A DNA stretch of 38,424 bases from Nonlabens sp. (GCA_023301395.1 JALZUY010000089.1:1-38424); one strand, 5' to 3'; positions 8,070 to 19,527 are shown, numbered from the stretch's first letter. Notes: generated by a model not told the origin, from the sequence alone. Made by a program: numbers and translations.

Positions 8070-10274
8070 TTATAATTTTATTAGTTGATGCGGTCCTTCC
8101 CATGAATAGGAATTACCATTATATGTTATTGTATGATTTTTGTTATTATCTCGCTTTCGCGAAAGCGTATACAAATAAACATCTTCTCCAGTCTTAAAAG
8201 TTACCACGTCATAATCACCTTCTTGCTCATGTTTCAACTCTGAAATTACAGATTTAGGTTGCGCAACCGTTTCCTGTATAGGGTCAAAAAAACCATGTGG
8301 CTCGATGATATTTACAAAGGTATGAAATGATTGACCTTTAGGTTGTCTAATCAAATACTGTCGTTGCAAATTAAGATTAAACTCTGGATCATTTGCTCCG
8401 GTTTGTGTTATAAAAAGCTCCGTATTTGCATTTGTAATAGTCGTGATTGTATAGAAACGTTGTGATTGTAAAAACGTAAACTGAGTATTACTGGAACCCT
8501 TTTTAGGTGATCCTTTTGCAAGAATTTCTAAGTGATCATAACCATCATCAGTACCTAGCGCTGTTTTATTCACAGGTCTTGTGTAGTCAAATTGAGTATC
8601 AATTATGTCACCAAAAAACGGATAGTTCAAATCCATTTGATGACCCGTTTTTGAATCTATATGATATAAATCGATAATAAATGGTCGGTCAGAGATTGCT
8701 GGTTCATTAACCATAGTAATTGAACGAGATAAAAGAGTGTTATTATAAGCCATAGTATCCATAGCAATAGTCAACTGTAACCTCTCGTTATTCATATCGG
8801 TCTTAATGAGTTGAGAAACGTGTTCTTCAGAATATTTTACGTTTCCTTTATATTGAGATTGCTCATCAAGAACTACAGCTCCATGAGCTATAGTATGACG
8901 TGCATATGTTTTGTTCTCTGGTAAGTATCTTCCTCCACGTTTTGCTTCTATATTCAAGAAACGTGCTGCACCATAATCTGGCATGATTTCATTTCCATGA
9001 TCATAAACAGATAAACTTAATCTATCAAAATGTCCATGTCCCATTCCTTGCGTAGAGAATTTAAGAACGGCTTGCAGCTGACCATCTGTTTGTTGAGGAC
9101 TACGCATTAAGGTAAGACCACCACTTTTTCCCTCTACACCATCTGCAACGAACATACTAGGTCTGGCATAGAAATCATTTGTATCGTCAGTAATTGCATT
9201 TGCGGCAAGTGCACCAGCGTCTGTCAATGAGATTTTACCCATCATTTTAATCACAGGTAATAAACTTTCATCTTTATATTGTTTGTAGGCAATATTTGTT
9301 GCAAAAACAACCTCATCACTTTCCCAAGTCTTACTTTTTATAGCGTCATTAATAGGATAAAATCTTCCTTTCTCGTCTGTCAACTGTAACAATGTAGTAA
9401 CTGCTTTCTTTAAGATACCATCACGATGTTGAAAGATTTTCACATCAGGACGATTGTTTTCAATTGCCTCGGCAAATGCTATAAATGGCAGTATTGCATA
9501 CCTGTGATAATATGGACCTTCACTGTAGAATCCATCACTTGAAAATAAAGCATCTAATTGAGCGATAAATCCTGTTTTGCTGTCTTTATTACTTCCATAT
9601 ATAGAGCGCTCTACCATATCATCATCTCCTAGCACCATTCCAGTCATACCTACTGCAGCAACAGACCATGTTCCATGATTATGAATTTTATTGAAAACCT
9701 CATAACTATCAACACTCAAAAAAGTAGCCATAGGACGTAATAGGTCTTTTTCAATTTTAGATTTTTCCTCTTGTGATAGAAACTCACGACTCAAGTCATA
9801 AGCTTGTATCATATAAAACAGCGTTACAGCTTCATTAAGTCCTTGCCAGTATAATTTTCCAGCTGGGTGATTATTCTTAGACTTAGGATGCAATCCAAGT
9901 GTAGGATACATACTAGCGTATCCATCAAACATATTTTTTATGTAAGTGATTTTTTCTTCTCTAGGATTAAGGTTGTGAGAAATCGCCATGCGGTATAGTT
10001 CTGCATAGTTTTTTTTATGCTTCTCATGTGAAAATCCTCCACCAGCGTCTACCGGTTGTGGGATTTCAATGGGATTTTCTAAGATCTCAATTACTTGAAT
10101 CTCTAGTTCACTGGCTGATTTTTCAACGAGGTCACTTTGCGCATTATTAAAACTTTGAATACCATTGGATGTCAGTAAAAGCTGTGCACTGGACTTATTT
10201 GAATTTGATTCTACTTGTTCTTGACAAGAATAAAGAGCTACAGCAAAGCAAAGTACTAGAATTCTATATACCAT
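8070..10274 (-). CDS. PL17 exo-oligoalginate lyase (alginate lyase + heparinase II/III domains), lipoprotein
   Basis: AGGGFSHEKHK, WQGLNE, HNHGTW, EGPYYHRY, GMGHGHFD, DYGAARFLN motifs; lipobox LYSC. Confidence 0.92.
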   Translation of the reverse strand: MVYRILVLCFAVALYSCQEQVESNSNKSSAQLLLTSNGIQSFNNAQSDLVEKSASELEIQVIEILENPIEIPQPVDAGGGFSHEKHKKNYAELYRMAISHNLNPREEKITYIKNMFDGYASMYPTLGLHPKSKNNHPAGKLYWQGLNEAVTLFYMIQAYDLSREFLSQEEKSKIEKDLLRPMATFLSVDSYEVFNKIHNHGTWSVAAVGMTGMVLGDDDMVERSIYGSNKDSKTGFIAQLDALFSSDGFYSEGPYYHRYAILPFIAFAEAIENNRPDVKIFQHRDGILKKAVTTLLQLTDEKGRFYPINDAIKSKTWESDEVVFATNIAYKQYKDESLLPVIKMMGKISLTDAGALAANAITDDTNDFYARPSMFVADGVEGKSGGLTLMRSPQQTDGQLQAVLKFSTQGMGHGHFDRLSLSVYDHGNEIMPDYGAARFLNIEAKRGGRYLPENKTYARHTIAHGAVVLDEQSQYKGNVKYSEEHVSQLIKTDMNNERLQLTIAMDTMAYNNTLLSRSITMVNEPAISDRPFIIDLYHIDSKTGHQMDLNYPFFGDIIDTQFDYTRPVNKTALGTDDGYDHLEILAKGSPKKGSSNTQFTFLQSQRFYTITTITNANTELFITQTGANDPEFNLNLQRQYLIRQPKGQSFHTFVNIIEPHGFFDPIQETVAQPKSVISELKHEQEGDYDVVTFKTGEDVYLYTLSRKRDNNKNHTITYNGNSYSWEGPHQLIKL
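8152..8167. repeat. Palindrome CGCTTTCGCGAAAGCG, exact 16-mer, in PL17
   Basis: Read as TLSRKR. Confidence 0.9.
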
Positions 10275-10329
10275 GAAATGTTTTTAATTATTTACAGAAA
10301 TATAACCAAAGGAAATCGATTCAGAAATG

Positions 10330-10357
10330 AATTGGTTAACCAATCTGGTTGCCCAAA
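10330..10357 (-). promoter_or_regulatory. Putative GntR/FadR tandem operator upstream of PL17-kdgF-SDR operon
   Basis: AATTGGTTAACCAATCTGGTTGCCCAAA: palindrome TTGGTTAACCAA plus degenerate second site; 27/28 identical to 35388-35415. Confidence 0.8.
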
Positions 10358-10386
10358 AATAATGGTTTTAAATGTGGAATTGCAAA
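10354..10386 (-). promoter_or_regulatory. Bacteroidota sigma70 promoter for PL17 operon
   Basis: Minus strand TTTG (10386-10383) - 21 nt - TATTTTTG (10361-10354), matching the TTTG/TAnnTTTG consensus; overlaps the operator. Confidence 0.7.
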
Positions 10387-10444
10387 TTGTTGTAGTCTTT
10401 TCTTATTGGCTTATAAACTTAATAGTCTTGAGAATGTGAAATTC

Positions 10445-10458
10445 GCTTACGCGAAAGC
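10445..10458. repeat. Palindrome variant GCTTACGCGAAAGC, intergenic
   Basis: One mismatch; just downstream of EamA stop. Confidence 0.8.
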
Positions 10459-10473
10459 ATAGAAATAAGAATA

Positions 10474-11325
10474 TCAATTACTTACTCTAGCTTTATAGAC
10501 AATATTAAGAACCAGTCCTGTGATGATCATTAAAATACCAATAACGGACCAAATGGTATAGATTTCAAGAAACCATATTGAGCCTATGAGTACAGTAAAA
10601 ATCACTTCAAGATACTTAAGCGGTGCTACCTGATTAGTTGCGGCAATTTGAAATGCACGAGTCATAAATAATTGACCTATGAATCCTACTACGCCTAAAC
10701 CAAACAACAGAATCCATTCATTACCTACCGGTGTTTTCCAATCGCTTAACATCAATAAACCACCTAGAACTGTTCCTGTTATCATGAAATAATTGATAAT
10801 AACCATGGGATGATCTTGTTTACCAATTTTTGCAATCAAGACAAATACAAGCCCCATAAACAATGATGATGTAAGGACGAGAACTAGGCCTACTGCACTG
10901 GTGCCACCATCAAAACTATTAAGTACAAACACGCCCAATAATGCTAGTAGGAAGAAGATCCATTGCCATGGTTTAATTTTTTCCTTGAGCCATATTACTG
11001 CAAATATTGCTGCAAAAATGGGAGATAAATAACGTAAAGTAACTGCTGTACCTACAGGAAGATATTTTAAGGATAAGAAGAATAAAGTCAATGATACAGC
11101 ACCTGCTAGTCCACGACCTATCAATAGCGTTCTTTTATTACCAAGTAAAGAGATTTTTTTTAAAAGTAAATAGGGTGTTGTAAAAACTAAGGTACCTAAA
11201 GATCTGAAAAACACTTTTTCATAAGCACTAAATCCATCGAGATATTTTACAATACCATTCATGACCGCAAAAACAAGTGCGCTGAGTAGCATGAATAAAA
11301 TAGCTTTTTTAAGGTCTGCTTTCAT
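10474..11325 (-). CDS. DMT/EamA family permease
   Basis: About ten hydrophobic segments in two repeats; FFRS, LRYLSPIF, LKEKI, APLKYLEV motifs. Confidence 0.85.
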   Translation of the reverse strand: MKADLKKAILFMLLSALVFAVMNGIVKYLDGFSAYEKVFFRSLGTLVFTTPYLLLKKISLLGNKRTLLIGRGLAGAVSLTLFFLSLKYLPVGTAVTLRYLSPIFAAIFAVIWLKEKIKPWQWIFFLLALLGVFVLNSFDGGTSAVGLVLVLTSSLFMGLVFVLIAKIGKQDHPMVIINYFMITGTVLGGLLMLSDWKTPVGNEWILLFGLGVVGFIGQLFMTRAFQIAATNQVAPLKYLEVIFTVLIGSIWFLEIYTIWSVIGILMIITGLVLNIVYKARVSN

Positions 11326-11400
11326 AAATAGAGTGCAAAGATGAGGATTTCAATGATAGTATTTAATAATCGGATTTTGAATATTTAATACAATCAAGAA

Positions 11401-14400
11401 CTATACAGAGAATTTCTTAGAATAAATTGATGGAGTTTCTCCATAAGCTTTTTGAAAGCATTTACTAAAATATTTAGGATTTCTAAACCCTACTTTATAA
11501 CTCACCTCAGAGATGTTTAATCCTCCTAATTCAAGAAGTTGTGCAGCTCGTTTCATACGAAAATGTTGAATGAATTCATTTGGTGTGAAGTTGGTCCATG
11601 CCTTAACCTTAATAAAAAGCATGGTCCTACTTACTCCTAATTCTGAACAAAATGTAGGTACATCAAATTGGTCATTAGGAATATTGTCTTCAACAATTTG
11701 AATTGCCTTTTTCATCAATTCATTATCTACTGACGATACATTAATTTCGTCTGGTGATAAAACGTCAGTTGCCGTAAATTTATCTTTCAATTTTGCTTTA
11801 TAAAGCAAAAGATTCTTTACTCTTAATTGCAATTCTCTAATGTCAAATGGTTTACTTAAGTAATCGTCGGCACCACTTTCTAGACCTTCTATTTTGTATA
11901 TAAGAGAGGTTCGAGATGTTAAAAGTATTACTGGAATATGACTCGTTCTAGCGTCTCCCTTTACTTTAGAACACAACTCTGTACCTGTCATTTTAGGCAT
12001 TACCACATCACTTATAATGATATCTGGATTATTATTTACAATAATTTTAAAAGCTTCTTCACCATTACCAGCCTCTAGAACGTTATAATATTGACTTAAT
12101 AATTGAGACATAAATGACCTTAAGGAGGCATTATCTTCTACAACTAAAACATTTAACTTCTCATCATCATTAATAAAACTTAGACCTTTTACCTCATCCA
12201 TAGTTCCCATCTTATCAATATGATCAGTATATTGAGTAACATCATCACTAAACTTAAAATCAGCTATTATTTCCTTATCAATTAAATGGTCTTTACCTAA
12301 TTTAAGTGCTACGGTAAAAGACGAACCTTCATCCAACTTACTTTTTAAAGCAACAGTACCTTTATGTAAATGGATTATGTTTTTTGCTATATTCAAACCT
12401 ATTCCGGTTCCTTGTGTATAGGTATTCGGCTTTTCACGATACGCTTCTATTTCATAAAAACGGTCAAAAACTTTTTCTTGTTTCTCTGGAGCGATACCTA
12501 TACCACTATCTTTAACCTTAATAAAAATGTGATTTTTATCTCTTGAAACTCTTATTTTAATAGTTCCTCCATGAGCAGTAAATTTGAATGCATTTGAAAT
12601 GAGATTAAAAAAGGCTCGTTCTAACTTTTGACGATCATAGTAAACCAGAATTTCCTCATCAGTCGTTTTAAAATCAAAATTATAGTCGCCTAGCTTGGCA
12701 TGTTCCTCAAAACTGAGATAAATTTCTTTTAAAAACTTAACAATATTCCCTTGTGCTGCTTGTAACTCAAATTGATTCTTTTCTAATTTTCTAAAATCCA
12801 TCAACCTATTAATAAGTTGTAGTAATTGCTGTCCATTACTCTCAATAGTTAGCAACTTTTTATACATTAAATTGCTCCCTTTATAATCAGTCAACAATTG
12901 CTGTAGAGGTCCTAGAATAAGTGTTAATGGCGTCCTGAACTCATGGGAGATGTTTGTAAAGAACTGGAGTTTTGCCTCGTTTATATCTCGATTCCTTTGC
13001 AATTGAACTTGTTCAAATTTCAATTCTTCTTGGAGCCTCGTTTTAGATTTAAGAATTCTTACCAAAAAATATCCAACTGCAAAAAACGCAAGTGCATATA
13101 ACAAGAAGGCCCACCAGCTATACCATGGTGCAGGAATCACCTCAATATCAAGTTTTGTTATGTCACTTTTAATTCCATCGCCATTAACACCACGTACTTC
13201 AAATTGGTAATCTCCAGCATTCTGTATCGCATAAGTCGCCTTATTCTCAACCGTTGTATTCCATTTAATCTCTAGGCCTTTTAGTCTATATTCATAAGTT
13301 TTACTAGTTAAATTATGATAACTAGGCATGGTGAATTCTATGGTGAAATTGCGCTGATTGTGATTGATTTGAACCGTTTTCGCAAAAGCGATATTCTCTA
13401 CCTCATTATCGTTCCCATTGAACTGTAGTAATTCATCACTTGTCGATTTTAAGTTAGTAATTAGAACTTGAGGAGCGTAATCATCGATTCGGATTTTAGT
13501 AGTATTAAAGGATGAAATACCGGCAACACTTCCAAAGAATAATTGATCTTGAGCTAGACGTAATACAGCGTTATCACTAAATTCATTTCCTACTAGACCA
13601 TCTTTTTGCTGATTTAAGGATAATATTTTTAAACTGTTTTTATTTAATTTTAAAACACCTTGATTACTACTCATCCACAGCATTCCATTACCATCTTCAA
13701 CTATGGAATGTATAGTCGTAATATCTTTATCTGCCCATTTTAAAGGAATCTTAACAAATTGATTATTGACTTTTTTAAATAAACCTTGAGATTTTGTTCC
13801 AGCCCAAATCGTATGCCGACTATCTTCATAAATATTAAGAACATCAAATCCTGCGTCTTGTTCTTTATTGAAAAGAAAATTTGAAATTTCGTCAGTAGTA
13901 TCTAGACTATTAAGACCGTTTTGGGTTCCTATCCATAAAACATCTTTTTGATCAATCAGTAAACATCTTATTAAATCGCTAGTTAAACCATTATTTCTTG
14001 TAGCTAAATAACCACTCAGCCCAGTTGTGCTTGACTGGAAAAGAACTCCTTTCCCTGATGTTCCAAAATATATTTTATCAGTATCTTTCACTATCGAGTA
14101 GACACCAGTATGAGGCAATTCTGACTGTAAAGGTTTTGAGATCAAATCTTTTATAAAACGCTTTTCATCAATATTATACACATCAATCCCTTTACTAGAT
14201 GTTCCTATATACAGGAGATTACCATCAAGAAATAATGATTTAATATCATTCTCTTTTAGCGCACTGTTATCGCTTGTTATATAATCAAAATTGTTTTTCT
14301 CTAAATCTAAAACATTAACACCACCTTGCTCCGTACCTATAAATAATTGATTTTCAAATAATTGCAAAGAATTTACTACTGAATAATTCAATCCTTTATT

Positions 14401-15429
14401 AGTTCCATTCTGGACATAATTCTGAAAATTACTATTTGCTTCATTCCATATGTTTGCTCCACCATAATGGGTCCCTACCCATATGGAACCACTAGCGTCT
14501 TCATAAAGTGATTTTACTGAGTTTTTTGCAAGGCTATAAGGATCATTGATATTATTTATAAGATGACTTACATTTCCTTTATCATAAATATAAATCCCGT
14601 TATAGGAACCTATCCATAACCTATTGTTTTTATCCAATCTTAACTTACGAATATCATTAATTTTCAATTCTTCATTTACCTTGAAAGGTTGGATATTATT
14701 TGCAATAGCATCATAAACTAAAACTCCAGAAGACTTTGTACCAATAAACAAACGATCTTTTCCTGCCGGAACAATATCAGTAAAATCATCATCATGAAAA
14801 GCGTCGTATCGTAACACTTCATAACTATCATTTTGCTTTTTATGAACTGCCCACAATCCTAAATTTGTTCCTATCAAGAATGAATCTTGAGAGAGTTCCA
14901 TAACACTGTAAACCACGACATCTTGAAGTACGCCTTCAAAAACCCCATTATAAAAAGTGTTTTCCTCTGGATTATAAATGGAAAGTCCTTTTGAGGTTCC
15001 TATCCACATATTTCCATCACTTGTGGAATATACTTCTTGAATGATATTACTAGCAAGCGAATTATTATTGGCAGTTTTTAAGAATTTTGTAAATGTGTTT
15101 GTTTTAGGATTATAGCGGTTCAATCCGTTATAAGTCCCTATCCATATTTGACCTTTATGATCTTTCTCTAGAGATAGAATATCACTACTACTTAAGGAGT
15201 TTTCATTTTCTCCATCAGATTTAAAAACAGTGATTTTATGACCATCATAGACATTAAGACCATCACGAGTTCCTATCCACATTTGACCCAAAGCGTCTTG
15301 TTCTATAGCTATAGCACTACTTTGAGAAAGACCATCTTCAGTAGATATATGCTGGAATTGAAAACTATCAATCTGTGCAGTTGTAGATAGTGTTGAAAAG
15401 AAAAGGATTATGATTAAAACTCTATACAT
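11401..15429 (-). CDS. Hybrid two-component system (beta-propeller sensor, Y_Y_Y, His kinase, receiver, AraC HTH)
   Basis: Repeated WIGT propeller motifs, TM at [51 protein letters not shown] receiver, [12 protein letters not shown] AraC. Confidence 0.95.
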   Translation of the reverse strand: MYRVLIIILFFSTLSTTAQIDSFQFQHISTEDGLSQSSAIAIEQDALGQMWIGTRDGLNVYDGHKITVFKSDGENENSLSSSDILSLEKDHKGQIWIGTYNGLNRYNPKTNTFTKFLKTANNNSLASNIIQEVYSTSDGNMWIGTSKGLSIYNPEENTFYNGVFEGVLQDVVVYSVMELSQDSFLIGTNLGLWAVHKKQNDSYEVLRYDAFHDDDFTDIVPAGKDRLFIGTKSSGVLVYDAIANNIQPFKVNEELKINDIRKLRLDKNNRLWIGSYNGIYIYDKGNVSHLINNINDPYSLAKNSVKSLYEDASGSIWVGTHYGGANIWNEANSNFQNYVQNGTNKGLNYSVVNSLQLFENQLFIGTEQGGVNVLDLEKNNFDYITSDNSALKENDIKSLFLDGNLLYIGTSSKGIDVYNIDEKRFIKDLISKPLQSELPHTGVYSIVKDTDKIYFGTSGKGVLFQSSTTGLSGYLATRNNGLTSDLIRCLLIDQKDVLWIGTQNGLNSLDTTDEISNFLFNKEQDAGFDVLNIYEDSRHTIWAGTKSQGLFKKVNNQFVKIPLKWADKDITTIHSIVEDGNGMLWMSSNQGVLKLNKNSLKILSLNQQKDGLVGNEFSDNAVLRLAQDQLFFGSVAGISSFNTTKIRIDDYAPQVLITNLKSTSDELLQFNGNDNEVENIAFAKTVQINHNQRNFTIEFTMPSYHNLTSKTYEYRLKGLEIKWNTTVENKATYAIQNAGDYQFEVRGVNGDGIKSDITKLDIEVIPAPWYSWWAFLLYALAFFAVGYFLVRILKSKTRLQEELKFEQVQLQRNRDINEAKLQFFTNISHEFRTPLTLILGPLQQLLTDYKGSNLMYKKLLTIESNGQQLLQLINRLMDFRKLEKNQFELQAAQGNIVKFLKEIYLSFEEHAKLGDYNFDFKTTDEEILVYYDRQKLERAFFNLISNAFKFTAHGGTIKIRVSRDKNHIFIKVKDSGIGIAPEKQEKVFDRFYEIEAYREKPNTYTQGTGIGLNIAKNIIHLHKGTVALKSKLDEGSSFTVALKLGKDHLIDKEIIADFKFSDDVTQYTDHIDKMGTMDEVKGLSFINDDEKLNVLVVEDNASLRSFMSQLLSQYYNVLEAGNGEEAFKIIVNNNPDIIISDVVMPKMTGTELCSKVKGDARTSHIPVILLTSRTSLIYKIEGLESGADDYLSKPFDIRELQLRVKNLLLYKAKLKDKFTATDVLSPDEINVSSVDNELMKKAIQIVEDNIPNDQFDVPTFCSELGVSRTMLFIKVKAWTNFTPNEFIQHFRMKRAAQLLELGGLNISEVSYKVGFRNPKYFSKCFQKAYGETPSIYSKKFSV
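13376..13389. repeat. Degenerate palindrome copy GTTTTCGCAAAAGC in HTCS
   Basis: Two mismatches; read as AFAKT. Confidence 0.45.
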
Positions 15430-15919
15430 AAAAAGAATAAACTATTTGGCTCTAAATGTAGTTAATATGGTTGTTATAGAATCCTATAAGGAACAACCTT
15501 TTGTACCATTTAATTACTAATTAACTATTAAGTCAAATAGTTAATTGATAATCTATAACGACGGTTCAATACTTAGATATTGAGTTGTATTACTAATATT
15601 AGGAAAAGGAATGTGATTCACTTCAATATTCACAATAATCTGGTACATTAATTTATTGAAAGTAATTTTAAGTACGAATAGTAGGTACTCTATGATTCAA
15701 CAGGTCATAGATATGCTCCTTTAAAAATCAGAATTGACAAGCTGAAGTCAGATTATCTTTGTAAATCTCTGAATTTTGAATAATTATACATGACAAATTT
15801 GTCAAAACACAGAGATATACAAATTTAAAAATATGTTAATCAGTAATTTACAGACAATTCTTCTTATTATGAATAATTCCTTAGCATACTATATACGGTT
15901 ATAGGAGATTATTTCTCAT

Positions 15920-15935
15920 ATTTGGTCAACCAATT
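15920..15935 (+). promoter_or_regulatory. Third putative GntR operator, upstream of TRAP operon
   Basis: ATTTGGTCAACCAATT, matching the TTGGTnnACCAA palindrome at 10332 and 35390. Confidence 0.6.
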
Positions 15936-16139
15936 TTAATGTGCTCTAATAAACCAACGCATTTTGCAATCAAAACGGCAGTTTTAATAAGGGTCGTTCT
16001 TAATATTTGCAATACATGGACCATATTGTTAGTTAAAAAAATAAGTAAATTAGATAGTATCTTTTTAAGAAAAAAAATGAACCAATCTGTTATTCAAAAT
16101 AAAACTATTCTACCTATTAGAATTAAATAAACACACTAT

Positions 16140-17114
16140 ATGAAATTTAAATACATTTATCTCCTGTGTCTACCTATTTTATTACTGAGCAGTTGTGAGG
16201 AAATTCAATCCACTAAAACCTTAAGATTAGCACATAGTGTAGACACACAACATCCTGTACACAATGGAATGGTAGTACTAGGTGAAAGTCTAGAAAGGAT
16301 ATCTGAAGGGAAATTGAAAGTTAGAATCTATCCTAACGGTCAGTTAGGTGGAGAGAGGGAAAGTATAGAATTACTTCAAATAGGTAGTCTAGACATCGCC
16401 AAAGTAAGTGCTGGTGTTCTAGAGAATTTTATTCCAGAATATAAAGTATTCAGTATTCCATATATTTTTAGGGATAAGGATCATATGCATGATATTTATG
16501 ATGGAGATGTAGGGAAAGGTATTTTATCTCAAGGAAATAATTTCAATCTAGAAGGTCTTACGTTTTATGACGCTGGTAGCCGTAGTTTTTATACGAAAGC
16601 TACACCTATTAATTCTCCTGCTGATATTAAGGACATGAAAATACGTGTAATGAAAAGTAATATGGCTATTGCGATGATTAACAAATTAGGTGGTGCTCCT
16701 ACTCCTATTTCTTATGGTGAACTTTACACGGCTTTACAACAAGGTGTCGTAAGTGGTGCCGAAAACAATATACCGAGTTATTTTACATCTAAACATTATG
16801 AAGTTTGTAAATTTCTAAGCATAGATGAGCACACCTCAGTTCCTGATGTTTTAGTAATAGGAACCGAAACCTTAAGCCGTTTGAATGAACAAGAAAAAGA
16901 GTGGTTGAATCAAGCTGTTGAAGAATCTAAAATTGCTCAACGTAAGTTATGGGAAGCATCTGAGAAGGAATGTTTAGATAAAGCAATTGAAAGTGGTGTT
17001 CAAGTATTTTATCCAGACAAAAAACCATTTCAAGATGCAACCGTAGAACTGGTTAATGAATTTAAAGAAGACCCTTTATTAGGTAGATTAATTCAATCTA
17101 TACAAAGTAATTAA
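16140..17114 (+). CDS. dctP: TRAP transporter substrate-binding protein (lipoprotein)
   Basis: YPNGQLGGERE, KIRVM, ELYTALQQGVVSGAENN; lipobox LLSSC. Confidence 0.92.
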   Translation: MKFKYIYLLCLPILLLSSCEEIQSTKTLRLAHSVDTQHPVHNGMVVLGESLERISEGKLKVRIYPNGQLGGERESIELLQIGSLDIAKVSAGVLENFIPEYKVFSIPYIFRDKDHMHDIYDGDVGKGILSQGNNFNLEGLTFYDAGSRSFYTKATPINSPADIKDMKIRVMKSNMAIAMINKLGGAPTPISYGELYTALQQGVVSGAENNIPSYFTSKHYEVCKFLSIDEHTSVPDVLVIGTETLSRLNEQEKEWLNQAVEESKIAQRKLWEASEKECLDKAIESGVQVFYPDKKPFQDATVELVNEFKEDPLLGRLIQSIQSN

Positions 17115-17116
17115 TT

Positions 17117-17587
17117 ATGAGAAAAACGATAGACTCCATTTTAGGTAAGATGTGCTTAGTGCTACTTATTATTATGCTTCTTGCTGTAATATGGCAAGTA
17201 TTTGCTAGATTTATTTTACAATCACCTAGTACCGTAACCGATGAAATATCTAGTTATTCTCTCATATGGGTAGGATTACTAGGAGCTGCATACGCTACAG
17301 GACAGCACTTACACCTTGCTATTGACTTATTACCGGAAAAGATGGTTCAGAAAAACACGAAACTTTTTGATGGTTTTGTTCATCTATGTGTTTTTGCATT
17401 TGGATTTTTTATAATGATTTTGGGTGGTTTACGATTATGCCAACTTAGTTTTCAATTTGAACAAAAATCGGCATCTCTTGGGATACCGTTAGGATTTGTT
17501 TACATCGTAGTGCCGCTAGCAGGTATTCTTATTTGTTATTTCAGCATAGATACTTTTTTCAAAACACTTAAAACTTCAAAAGCTTAA
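17117..17587 (+). CDS. dctQ: TRAP transporter small permease
   Basis: 4 TM segments, QVFARF, DEIS, HLAIDLL; between dctP and dctM. Confidence 0.9.
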   Translation: MRKTIDSILGKMCLVLLIIMLLAVIWQVFARFILQSPSTVTDEISSYSLIWVGLLGAAYATGQHLHLAIDLLPEKMVQKNTKLFDGFVHLCVFAFGFFIMILGGLRLCQLSFQFEQKSASLGIPLGFVYIVVPLAGILICYFSIDTFFKTLKTSKA

Positions 17588-17590
17588 GAC

Positions 17591-18892
17591 ATGAATTATA
17601 TAGAAATTTTGATATTAGTATTGAGTTTTTTAGTGTTTTTATCATTGCGCGTACCTATTGCTTACGCGATAGGACTTGCCGCATTTGCTACACTTATTTA
17701 TTCCATGCCTTTCTTACCTTCAGTTACAACACTGGCGCAACGTATGGCAACCTCGCTGGATAGTTTTACTTTAAGCGCCATACCATTTTTCATACTCGCT
17801 GGACAAATTATGAATCGTGGTGGAATAGCCGTGCGACTCATCAACTTTGCTAAAGCCATTGTAGGTCCACTACCTGGTGGATTAGCCTTTGTGAATATCA
17901 TATCTTGTATGCTTTTTGGGGCTATTTCTGGTAGTGCAGTAGCTGCCGCTAGTGCGATAGGTGGATTTATGAATCCTATGATGGAAAAAGATGGATACAG
18001 TAAACCTTTTAGTGCCGCTGTAAATATAACCAGTGCCACTACAGGTTTGATTATCCCACCTAGTAATGTCTTAATTGTTTATTCTCTTGCCAGTGGTGGG
18101 GTTTCTATTGCTGCATTATTTATCGCTGGATATGTTCCTGGATTACTTTTAGGACTTGCTTTAATGGTAGTAGCTGCTATTTATTCTATTATCAAAAAAT
18201 ACCCAACAGATAAGCTCGTAAGTGTAAAGGTATTTTTCAAAAGATTCTTAGATGCCCTACCTAGTTTAATGCTATTAGTAGTAGTTATAGGTGGAATAGT
18301 AGGTGGAATATTTACCGCTACTGAAGCTAGTGGTGTTGCTGTAATATATACTCTAGTACTAGGTCTAGTTTATAAAGAGATTAAAATTAAAGACCTATCT
18401 CCTATTCTACTAGAAACTATAAAAACGAGTTCTATAGTACTTTTTTTAATTGCTACTTCTATCGCTATGAGTTGGGTAATGTCCTACGAGAACATTCCAC
18501 AAGAAATAAGTGATGCATTATTAGGCATAAGTGATAATCCTATTGTAATTCTTATTCTTATCAATCTGATCTTACTATTTGTAGGGATATTTATGGATAT
18601 GACTCCAGCGGTATTGATCTTCACTCCTATTTTCTTACCTATTGTAACAGCTATGGGAATGGATCCAGTACACTTTGGGATTATAATGATTATGAATCTT
18701 TGTATAGGACTCTGTACGCCACCCGTTGGCTCAGTTCTATTCGTAGGTTGTTCTGTTGCCGATTTGAAGATACAGAAGGTCATACGACCTATGCTGCCTT
18801 TGTTTGCAGCGATGATAGCTGTACTAATCATGGTAACTTACTTTGAAGATATTACACTTTGGTTGCCTAGAACCTTTGGTTTGATGGATTAA
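17591..18892 (+). CDS. dctM: TRAP transporter large permease
   Basis: AIPFFILAG, FGAISGSAVA, IIPPS, GIFTATEA, GLCTPPVG. Confidence 0.93.
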   Translation: MNYIEILILVLSFLVFLSLRVPIAYAIGLAAFATLIYSMPFLPSVTTLAQRMATSLDSFTLSAIPFFILAGQIMNRGGIAVRLINFAKAIVGPLPGGLAFVNIISCMLFGAISGSAVAAASAIGGFMNPMMEKDGYSKPFSAAVNITSATTGLIIPPSNVLIVYSLASGGVSIAALFIAGYVPGLLLGLALMVVAAIYSIIKKYPTDKLVSVKVFFKRFLDALPSLMLLVVVIGGIVGGIFTATEASGVAVIYTLVLGLVYKEIKIKDLSPILLETIKTSSIVLFLIATSIAMSWVMSYENIPQEISDALLGISDNPIVILILINLILLFVGIFMDMTPAVLIFTPIFLPIVTAMGMDPVHFGIIMIMNLCIGLCTPPVGSVLFVGCSVADLKIQKVIRPMLPLFAAMIAVLIMVTYFEDITLWLPRTFGLMD

Positions 18893-18918
18893 TCCATTAT
18901 TTCAAATAACTATATCAA

Positions 18919-18948
18919 AAAACCTGCTATCGTTTGATAGCAGGTTTT
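18919..18948. terminator. Bidirectional terminator between dctM and SMI1/KNR4 gene
   Basis: AAAACCTGCTATC-GTTT-GATAGCAGGTTTT hairpin. Confidence 0.85.
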
Positions 18949-18969
18949 GTAATTACTCAAATTACAGAC

Positions 18970-19491
18970 TTATTTTTCTTCAATTAATTCATGTAAAAGA
19001 TCTAGAACATCACTAAAATGAGCTTCTAAATTCTCATATTCCTCTTCACCTGGAATCCAATTTGCAAATTGCCAGTAGCGCCACTTCTTCATATTATTAA
19101 CTGGCGGTAGTAAAAGAAAAATTTGTTCTTCATCAATTCCACCTATTAAAATACTTTCCTTGAATTGCAAAGCTGTTTCTTCAAATCCACCGATATCATC
19201 GTAAAAATCTAAGGAACCTTTAAAATGCTTAAAATTCTTAAGGTAGTCTACATTTTCAGTAGGTGAGAAAGTTATATCAATGCTAGACGTTGCATTGAAC
19301 CCATTTGATGTTTTTAAAAATAACTTATAGTCATCTGGTAATTCAATACCTAATCTTGTTTCTAGGATAATAATATCACTTTGTGTGGCTGCATCTTTTC
19401 CTAACCACTTTTCAATTATTTGTTTTTCATTGAATTGAGAATCTTCTAATTCAATAGCCTTGATTGAAATTTGCTCTAACAGTTTTCTCAT
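18970..19491 (-). CDS. SMI1/KNR4 (SUKH) family protein
   Basis: ATQSDIIILETRLGIELPDDYKLFLKTSNG is the SUKH N-terminal signature. Confidence 0.85.
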   Translation of the reverse strand: MRKLLEQISIKAIELEDSQFNEKQIIEKWLGKDAATQSDIIILETRLGIELPDDYKLFLKTSNGFNATSSIDITFSPTENVDYLKNFKHFKGSLDFYDDIGGFEETALQFKESILIGGIDEEQIFLLLPPVNNMKKWRYWQFANWIPGEEEYENLEAHFSDVLDLLHELIEEK

Positions 19492-19513
19492 TTTTAAATA
19501 TCTATATAATTAT

Positions 19514-19527
19514 GCTTTCGCGAAAGC
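19514..19527. repeat. Palindrome GCTTTCGCGAAAGC, exact, intergenic
   Basis: Upstream of SMI1/KNR4 start. Confidence 0.9.

Noticed and set aside
15939-16130. 63-aa ORF upstream of dctP
   Set aside because: AT-rich low-information sequence in a likely promoter/leader region; no motif support.
17660-17673. GCTTACGCGATAGG in dctM as another palindrome copy
   Set aside because: Three mismatches and explained by the conserved PIAYAIG peptide.
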